Origin: Octopus vulgaris
Lineage: Eukaryota
Reading direction: 5' to 3'
Length of the DNA stretch: 64,000 nt
Assembly (NCBI GenBank): GCA_951406725.2
Contig: OX597825.1
Location: forward strand, 43,772,001-43,836,000
The notes under the pieces were generated by a model. It was not told the origin of the DNA. It searched no databases and was given only the letters and a program-made list of their open reading frames with translations. The position numbers were made by a program, and so were the translations under genes. Shown in pieces: positions 55,265 through 64,000 of this stretch. Numbering within the stretch: position 1 is the first letter of the stretch; the number at the start of each line of letters is the position of its first letter.

Positions 55265-55479
55265 TTGCCTCAATGGAGTTATACTTAACAGATATCCCAG
55301 ATTCGTTATTTAGATCCGACATTCCACTCTTGTACCTGTATGCCACTGCCTCTATTATTCATGCAAGGATAGGTTAGACTGTCAGAAACATGAGTCTCAG
55401 AATATTTGAAAAGAAAAAAAGCTTTCTTGTAGTGTGCTAAATAAAATTTTCTTTTTCGTGTTTGTATATCTTTATTAAG

Positions 55480-58250
55480 AAACATTTCTCATGGTCCCAG
55501 TGGACAAAATGCAAAATGCATTGCCTCGGAGGTTATTGAGGGTGATGCTCTGGAACAGCCACTCTGACTCACAGAGATCGCACTTGCAGACAGTCATCTC
55601 CGCTCCGATAGCAGTATGCAGGAATATAGTCTTATGTGGTGGGGAGGGGTCATGAACACCGAAGATGTCCACTCCCACAGGTGACCGTTACCTCAACTGT
55701 TTGCTTTCTCAACAGAGGAGCAGCGGAGCCTGGCCTTGTAGCTGACCACACTAAGTTGCCACTGGAGAAAGTGTCACAGCATGTGGTATTCTAGATGAGG
55801 GTCCTGATGCCACGGAATGGGAACATTGTTATACTGTCTGGCCTTTTAGCGCTAGCTCGAGCTGGGAAGGGACGCCTGTGGGATCTACGCTGTGATTTAT
55901 GATCTTGTTAAATGTGACATGGTATGAAAGGCGACCAGCACTATGACGGCACGAATGGGTGGAAACCGAAAGAATCCACAGTGGATCCACTGCGGCATTC
56001 ATGAGGCAAACGAGGCCAAGAAAACGCAGGAAAACGCCGATGCGCAGGCAGTTGCTATCAAGCTGAGTGCCAGTTGAGGGTGATGTACATCATTGAACTA
56101 AGCTCTGTTGTGTGGTTCAGAGGCTGAGCAGAAACATGCCAGATGGTGCTGGTCAAGTCGGCGTACTAACTAGTTCGTGGTCATGCTACACTGGATAGCG
56201 TCCCATTCCTTTTAAGAAGACCAGACGTCCACAGAGGGGAGATGATGATGGACGTCAGCAGGAGGCAGGCCGAGCTGGCTCCGTGTCGTGTAGGCCGCCT
56301 CGCGTTCCCCCATCACGGTTGGTTCAGTTGTGTGGACACGGCAGGCGGTTACTGACGAGAGAAAATCCAGTAGTGCCAGTGAGACCGAAGATCGAAGGTC
56401 GAGGCCGCCATATTTGATGAGTAAGGTGGCCTGTTGCCATCCAGTGTCCCTGAACCGAACGTTGCATATCTCCTCGAGATCTATGAGAAGACATAGATAC
56501 GTGACTGTAGCAAGGAGCACTGCAGAGGGTTGCAATAGCTTTGCAGTGGTGAAGCAATTCTTTAATAGGAACAGTGCTGGGTGTGTGTCAACTACATGTA
56601 GTCCGTCCATCACTCTTTCCAGCTGGAGAAGCTTAGATCTGAGGGTGGAGCGAATGGCAGGCGAGAGGATCGGTGAACCGAAGATAAGGACAACCTCTTT
56701 CGAGGTCACCTGTACCTGGTAAAGTAGTGATCGGACGTCCGAGACAGGCCGCAAAGCCCTATGCGTCGTAATTGACGTTAACAACCTCCGACTTGGACGG
56801 GAGCTTGATCGGTGATCGTGACAGACACTCTCTACTGGCCCATCTATCGTTGCATCGTCCAGGTACCAGATGTTGAAAGAAACCGTGATGCTCCGAGCAA
56901 TGCTGACCACTTCGAGAGCGAAGAAGAGAGGGTCCAATGGATCGCCCTGTTGAACACCAATCAAAGATGGTATGACCTTATCTGCGCAGGGAGCGTGCTC
57001 TTGGCCCCGTACGACAGATAAGCCAGTGTGTAAGAAAACAGAGTGAGGCTGAGGCAAGCCTAGAGCAAGTGGTTACGGCGCTGACAGTTGAAAGCGTTTT
57101 TCATATCAAGTTTGGCAATGTGACGTTTGGAGTCGCTCGATGTCGGCTCAAGAGGACAGTCACTGAAAAACTGTCTAGCGGCATGGGCAGCTGGCTACAC
57201 CAACCGCCAACTGTAACTGGCTGAGTTCGGATGCGACAGTACTGCAGATGACTTCGGCCGCGTATCTCCAGAAAACATTACCCTCTGCGATGAGTCGTAT
57301 GCCCTGTCCTTCTTCTTGAGAGCGATTAGGCGAGCTGAAAAGAAGACGCCTCGGGGAAAGGATCCAGAGCACCGTAAATAAATCTGTTGAAGAAAGCCGT
57401 AATTGCGGTCAGCAGGCGGCGTCCGGCTTCGGCAGTGTATGGGGACAGCTAGTCTCTGATGTAACCGAGTCGGAGACCACCGATGCCTCCGCTACTATTG
57501 ACAAAGAAAGACCTCAAAGAAGAGAGAATGTCTTTCTCGGAGGTCACGAATGGTGGCTGGAAGTCGGTTGGGGTATGGGTTTGTGATCTGCAAGTGACTC
57601 AGGATGTTTAAATCGGAGGGCAGCCAGGATTTCTTCGCTAGGCTAGAGGACGGTGTCGTCAGAGGCGGCTACTCTGACAGCCGCTGAGACATCGCCCTCG
57701 ATAACTATGGTGTTTACCTGGTCACGTAGACGCTTTGAGCCGACTTTAAGGGTACAGCTTTCGGACAGAAGAGTGAGCGGAGTGCAGCATGTTTGGACAC
57801 ACTAGGTATAGGCGCCTGCCCGAAAGACAAGATGTTAGCCCTGACTTGGGTCGTTGTCGACAGGCTGCCCCGATTGGCGGCAGTGTTGGAAAGACCAATA
57901 ACGAGCACTACAAAATAAAACTGTCGATCCAAATCACTAAGTCAACTAGATTTCAGAGCTTTCTCGATCGAGGATGCAAGGGTATCAACCACTAGCATCC
58001 GAGCCGTTTTCGGGATCTTAAGAAATTATCTCACGAAGTCTTCCGAGCCGGGCGAAGTTGACCAATTAGGGTTGGGCGTCAAGCAAGCATTCCGTTTCAA
58101 TTGAGGGCAGCTGAGAGGGAGGGGCAGTTGAGAGGGAGGGGCAGCTGCTGCACCTCGACATTGAGAGCACATTCGAGGCCCGTCGTGTCAGGCCGACTCG
58201 ACGATGGAAACAGGGAGATGATGGAAACAACTACATCCTGAACAGTTCCT
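55480..58250 (-). mobile_element. Decayed CRE-clade non-LTR retrotransposon (RT plus RLE)
   Basis: GIRLIAEGNVFWR, GVQQGDPLDPLFFAL, WYLDDATI, LLKNC, WQQATL.IKYGGL.LR and C-terminal RGNA are a CRE/SLACS/Cnl1-type motif set. Confidence 0.8.
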
Positions 58251-58970
58251 CCCTCTCTTCTGCCTTTTGGTAGTTGTATTTTGACCGCTGTTTACGTGAA
58301 CATGTTTGTTTGGGCGCTCTCTGTGTATATCGTTATTTCTTTTTCCTCCTTTATTTTACCTCTTTTCCTTTCTTCTCTTCCTCCCCTGCTCCCGTTTTAT
58401 GTCGATTTCTATCAGAAACTAGAATAATATCTGTATTGATTGATTGACAGACAGATATAGAGAGTGGTAGAAACAGAGATAGAAATATATATTTGAATAT
58501 ACATGTGTGTGTATATATATATATATATTGGAAGGATTGGAGATGATGTACAGGTATTATATATTAGAAGAAATGAGGTAATCAGAAGATCGGATGGCTT
58601 ATATTTACAGATATTTATTTATATATTACATTTTTTACATATATATCATATCACTTAGATCATTAGTGCTTTCTCCGGACACACAGACACACACACAGAT
58701 ACACACACACACCTCCACAAAACGATCATAAAAAGTGGAAAGAGTTCTTAAACCCCAAACGGCATTTGACCATCCTCAAAATGATAAAAGGAGGTGTAAT
58801 TTATGGCCTGCCTACCCACCACCATACACTCAGTGACACTGAAGTGGTCAAAAACTGAAATTCTTAGAACCCCCTTGGAGTCTGTGTTCTGTCCAGCAGA
58901 CCAAAGGAAATCCTTCTTCTTCCCTCTCCCTTCCCCTCTTTCTCTTTAGCCTCAGATACAAACGCGCACG

Positions 58971-59021
<51 letters not shown>

Positions 59022-59302
59022 ATACATACATGTTCTCTCTCTCACTTTCTCCTCATCCACCTCACCCTCTTATGCTGTCTATAAAATGATTAAAATTCCC
59101 CACAAAGGAATTATTTTGATTTGAAAACCCCATTAGAATGGGAGAAAGCGCTAATGATCTAAGTGATATGATATATATGTAAAAACGAACAGCGTTTATA
59201 GCCCCAAGAGATCTTCGTCTCAAGCTGGCTTTAGACACAATATCAGTGTCCTTGGAGTATTTGCAAAGGGAGGCCATCCCTTCCTCGCAAGCCTGAGTGA
59301 TA

Positions 59303-59345
59303 CGCTCGAACTAGTTTCGGGATTGTTGTCTCTCGTCAACGGACG
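59303..59345 (-). ncRNA. Minimal HHR (family F, C3U variant)
   Basis: Minus strand reads cgtccg-TTGACGA-gaga caacaa tccc-GAAA-ctag-TT-cgagcg. Confidence 0.55.
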
Positions 59346-59571
59346 GTAACCACCAGGTAGCGATGAAAGTGAAGGCTTCTTTGCAAATTATATATAAGTT
59401 TTTCTAATGGCGTCTGCCACTGATGTCGAAAAACGAACAGTAAGCATAATTAAATCTCAGAATGAGATTGAAACAGTAATCGCTCGATAATGAAAAGTAT
59501 AGAAGCCATCTTATCATGGCTAACCACATTGGGGAGGGGGTGTTACTGTAGCTTTATAGCCTGGTGGTTAC

Positions 59572-59614
59572 CGCCCGTTGACGAGGGACAACAATCCCGA
59601 AACTAGTTCGAGCG
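59572..59614 (+). ncRNA. Minimal HHR (family F, C3U variant)
   Basis: cgcccg-TTGACGA-ggga caacaa tccc-GAAA-ctag-TT-cgagcg; palindrome AACTAGTT. Confidence 0.7.
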
Positions 59615-59836
59615 TATCACTCAGGCTTGCGAGGAAGGGATGGCCTCCCTTTGCAAATACTCCAAGGACACTGATATTGTGTCTAAAGCCAGTTTGAGAC
59701 GAAGATCTCTTGGGGCTATAAAGCTACAGTAGCACCCCCTCCCCAATGTGGTTAGCCATGATAAGATGGCTTCTATACTTTACATTATCGAGCGATTACT
59801 GTTTTACTGTTTCAATCCCATTCTGAGATTTAATTA

Positions 59837-59974
<138 letters not shown>

Positions 59975-60194
59975 TGATTGATTGATTGATTGATAGATGT
60001 GAGCATTTTTCCCTGGTTAACAATTACCACGGAAAAAATAGATAAATAGTTACCAGGGTAGCAAAAAGTCACACAAGTAAAAAGGTTGTAACTCCTTGTT
60101 TTTAAAGGTAGAAAGTTCGGGTTTACGTGAAATTTTTTGTATAATATATAAATGAATAAATGGAATTTAACGCATGTGTAATTCAAATACTTTT

Positions 60195-60283
60195 ACTTCC
60201 GACACATGTTTCGAAGAGTTCACTGATATTATTCCAAAGGAATAAAATGGTGTAAAACAATGCAATCTTCTCTTCAGGGAAGT
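60195..60283 (-). ncRNA. Type I hammerhead ribozyme, canonical core (family E)
   Basis: Minus strand reads acttcc-CTGAAGA-gaaga...tcttc-GAAA-catgtg-TC-ggaagt, with a compensatory change relative to 41135-41220. Confidence 0.88.
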
Positions 60284-60579
60284 GAAGAAATGAAACTCGT
60301 CACTAAGACATTTTAACAGAAAATGATGGATATGTATAAGGATTAACTGGACGCTATTAATATTGTTTGAAAAAACGTTATATGATATAACGTCAGAGGT
60401 AACCTATAGAAAGAGGAGGGATAAATTAAAGAAAAGCTAAATAAATGAGAAGTATATGACTATATGTATATTAAAAAAACTTACATTCTAGGAAAATATA
60501 TATTTTTAGTGAATGTGAAATATAACAAGAAAAGTAATGTTTAAATTATATATAATGATAGAGATCACTTATATGAACA

Positions 60580-61000
60580 AAAGGTGTGTTTTTGCCAATG
60601 TTTACATTGGTATGCACGCTCTATAACCGTGTTTACTAGAGGATTTTTAGAAAAAATAATAATAATAATTCAGAATTACAGAGAAGACAGAATTCCTTGC
60701 CTTTGTCATAAGGTATCGAGATCGAGATTGAGAGAATCAACCAATCTAAATTAAACTATTTATTGTGGTCTTTTAGATCCCAAATTAATTTACTGAGCCC
60801 TGTACTGTTACGTTTATTCCTATCCCTAAATGTCGAGTAATGGTTAGAAATTCTTTTAGATAACTGTAAAGACGTGCTTCCAATGTAAAAATGTACTTGA
60901 TTATGTGTAGTAATTTTACACTGGTATACAGAATTTCTAGCAATGCATCCCGGCGTTTCCCGGGTAGGTACATTGTATTATTTGCTCCTTTCTTATGGGC
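60580..61000 (-). mobile_element. Penelope-like GIY-YIG endonuclease relic upstream of the family E HHR
   Basis: Hand translation gives GCIARNSVYQCKIT...FYIGSTSLQLSKRISNHYSTFRDRNKRNSTGLSKLIWDLKD...PYDKGKEFCLLC, the same type as 38780-39234. This frame is absent from the ORF track. Confidence 0.8.
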
Positions 61001-62554
61001 AGAATCGACACAGATATGTAGTCAATGGCATAATGGAAATTATTGTTTATTTAAAAGTGAAGGGGGAGGGTACAATTTGCATGAAAGTGCCTTCTGTTCT
61101 TCAGAAGGATCACAAACTATGTATTGTTTCATCGTATAAAAGGGCGTTAATACGATTTTAACCAGAAATCTGGATTTCAAAATTTTTATTTCCCCCATTC
61201 CAACTGCTATTTCTTAATTTGTAACTTTTCCGAATTTCTTTTTCCTTTTTTGTTATCTACGTAGAAAAATATACAGATTATGAATCTAGGAAATACATAT
61301 ATTTTATATAGTTTAATTTTTCTTAAAGAAACACTCGATGCCCCTTCCCCCACCTCGTGTACCCATCACCTACCTGCTTTCAAAAAGCTAAAACCTTCCA
61401 ATCTTCCACTTTTGTCTGATGTTTCCCGCATGCGTAGAATTCTACTAAAATAGTAAACTTTAAAATACTTGACCACCAGCAGAAAACACGACATGCTAGA
61501 AACAACAAGTAAACGATATTATTTCTGAAGAAACTTCCCCGCTTTCCAAACAGCTAAAAGTGAAACATTGGGAGTGTGTAGCTTTTTGAAAGTAGCGAGG
61601 TGATTAGTAAAATTCTTAAGAGTCGTAGTGTCTGTTTTTTTCTCCATGGATTACCAAGAAAAAATATTTGAAAAAGGTAAAAAATTAATTTGACGTGGAG
61701 AGAGGGAAAATTAAAATATTGAGAACGTATTTTGTAGGTGAAATCCTAATTTGCTATATCGCAAACATAGAAATCGGAAGAAATTTAGGAAATAAGGTGT
61801 GCGGAGCAGAAATGTCACCTGGGACATCCTAGAAGGAAGAGTTTAAGGACAGGATTTCTGGGAAAACTTTCTTTTAAGTTTATATCAAAGATCAGGTTTT
61901 TAAATACGCTCATCGTTGGAGTTGAGCTTTAAATTTGCGCGTGCACACTGCAGGGAATAACATAATTCGCACAGAAGTTTTAGCTAGAGTGTGTGAGTGT
62001 GTGTGTGGGGGGGCGTGTGTTTGTTCATGCGTGTGTGTCAAAGGAAGTTATTTTATGGCATTCTTTCATTTGAAGAAGCAAAGTTGTCAACTCGACATAT
62101 ATGGGATAATATGATTGTTCATTAATTTCCGTAAAAAGTTTTTAATTTCTTTATGCTTTGAAGAGAGCAGAAATTGAAAGAGAGGATAAAGTGAAAATGC
62201 GACATTTGCTCTCCACGACAAATTTTTGTAATGCAAATATGTGAATGAAATATACTTTAGTTGGTAGCTAAAATCTTATTGAATCTTTTGATACTCCATA
62301 CGTCAAAATCAGCAACTCGGTTTTGGAATGCATAAGGAACATACGCACACACACACACACACACATACATGCAAACTCTCTTTTATAGATATAGATATAC
62401 ACACACACATATATATACATACATACACATATACACTCACACGCATAGATATATGTATATGTGTGTATGTATAATATATACATACATATACATAATACAT
62501 ATGTATGCTCGTGAGTTTATATGTGTCTATACATATGTACATTTATATAAATAT

Positions 62555-62675
62555 ATATCAAAGAGAAATGGAATTTAATTAAAAATAAAACATTCAATCA
62601 AAATTTACATTTCCAGTGGTCTAATTTTGATTGAATGTTTTAATCTTAATTAAAAATTCCATTTCCCTTTGATAT
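62555..62675. repeat. Fold-back inverted repeat (about 50-bp arms)
   Basis: atatcaaagagaaatggaattt...aaaacattcaatcaaaatt versus aattttgattgaatgtttt...aaattccatttccctttgatat. Confidence 0.8.
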
Positions 62676-62846
62676 GATTAAATACTGTAAGTTTTTGGAT
62701 AATTTTCGGTTAAAAGTTGGCGGTTTTTTATTGTAGCTAGCGAAGGACTGCGTCTGCGCAGTAAAATTTGAAAAGTTAGTTCGTATAAACACGAGACAAG
62801 TAGCCTTGTTTGTCTCGTGTTGGATATGTCTTAGCCCTAGGTTGGA

Positions 62847-62917
62847 CCTACTGAAGAAAATCAGACCTTGTGAGTTCTTGACTCGCTAAAAGATGATCAG
62901 AAACCAATTGGTCCAGG
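62847..62917 (+). ncRNA. Type I HHR motif (family G), partly degenerate
   Basis: ccta-CTGAAGA-aaatca...tgatca-GAAA-ccaattgg-TC-cagg; palindromic stem III ACCAATTGGT. Confidence 0.6.
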
Positions 62918-63067
62918 GAACTAGATGGTAAATGTTTTTCCTTTCCAAATTTATTCCTGTCGAATTTTATCCGTTATTTTTGTGGTTTACAGAACCTAGC
63001 TGTTCTTTCTAGCGTGCTGAATTCTCTATAAGTGGATTCCTTATGTGTTAAAATATACACTATATCG

Positions 63068-63130
<63 letters not shown>

Positions 63131-63295
63131 CGTAAAGTGTACTAGCCATCTGAATGTGGCTAGCCACTGGGGGTGGGTGTTACTGACGCTTTTAGCCCCA
63201 GGAGATCGACGTCTCCAGCTGGCCTTAGACACAATTTCAGTGCCCTTGTGTTATTTGCAAAGGGAGGTCATCCTCCCTCGAAAACCTAAGTGATA

Positions 63296-63340
63296 CATAC
63301 GGACTATAGTTTCAAGGTTTTTGCCTCTCGTCAACGTATG
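63296..63340 (-). ncRNA. Minimal HHR (family F, C3U variant)
   Basis: Exact reverse complement of 63490-63534. Confidence 0.78.
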
Positions 63341-63489
63341 GTAAACACCGGTTTTCGATGAAGGAGACCTTTGCAAATAATATTTAACGTTTTTCCCAGC
63401 AACCACAGTCACTGATTTAGAAAAACTGACTGAAAGCATTAATAAATCTCCGAACGAGATATAAACAGTAACCGAAAACCGGTGTTTAC

Positions 63490-63534
63490 CATACGTTGAC
63501 GAGAGGCAAAAACCTTGAAACTATAGTCCGTATG
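63490..63534 (+). ncRNA. Minimal HHR (family F, C3U variant)
   Basis: catacg-TTGACGA-gagg caaaaa cctt-GAAA-ctatag-TC-cgtatg, with a 6-bp stem I, palindrome ACTATAGT and a GUC triplet. Confidence 0.8.
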
Positions 63535-63742
63535 TATCACTTAGATTTTCGAGGGAGGATAACCTCCCTTTGCAAATAACACAAGGGCACTGAAATTGTG
63601 TCTAAGGCCAGCTGGAGACGTCGATCTCCTGGGGCTAAAAGCGTCAGTAACCCCCCGTGGCTAGCCACATTCAGATGGCTAGTACACTTTACGTTGTCGA
63701 GCGGTTACTGTTTATATCTCGTTCGGAGATTTATTAATGCCT

Positions 63743-63832
<90 letters not shown>

Positions 63833-64000
63833 CACACACACATACATATATACAGCGTGGGATATGTAAATTGTTGCCATTTTATATTTTCTTATTTCGA
63901 GCATGCGCATTGTCTGTTTTTTTTTTATTTTGTCGGTTACACAGTATAGTAGGATCAGTTGGACACTATGAGAAAAAAACACCACCACGACGCAATTCAT

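Larger units (their letters stand above)
63129..63740. mobile_element. Inverted pair of about 352-nt HHR-bearing monomers (family F), flanked by (TA)n on both sides
   Basis: 63129-63357 and 63436-63474 are near-perfect reverse complements of parts of 63473-63740. Confidence 0.85.

Noticed and set aside
61364-61604. About 38-bp imperfect inverted repeat (atcacc...ctttcaaaaagcta / tagctttttgaaag...ggtgat)
   Set aside because: It is probably subterminal repeats of an old DNA transposon, but no termini, TSD or ORF could be defined.

Overview
AT-rich eukaryotic DNA packed with microsatellites. The SINE families and repeat landscape suggest a coleoid cephalopod, most likely Octopus (inference). 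I found no intact host protein-coding gene, and most ORF-track entries are translated (TA)n/(CA)n/(TACA)n/(TAGA)n tracts. The window is a mosaic of two tRNA-headed SINE families, decayed LINEs (RTE, RTE-BovB, CR1-like, Tx1, R4/Dong-like, CRE clade), Penelope-like element (PLE) GIY-YIG fragments, mariner/Tc1 and hAT relics, a complete non-autonomous Helitron and two solo LTRs. The main hidden signal is about 20 intact or relic type I hammerhead ribozyme (HHR) motifs from about 10 sequence families, several with compensatory base changes between copies and many with palindromic stem III. They lie in short non-coding units, mostly beside (TA)n tracts. Some units are 350-400 nt tandem or inverted monomers resembling non-LTR retrozymes, and others are the 3' ends of PLEs. 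A CpG-depleted block at about 12-29 kb may be a methylated gene body whose exons I could not resolve. All folds and alignments were made by eye and none were computed.
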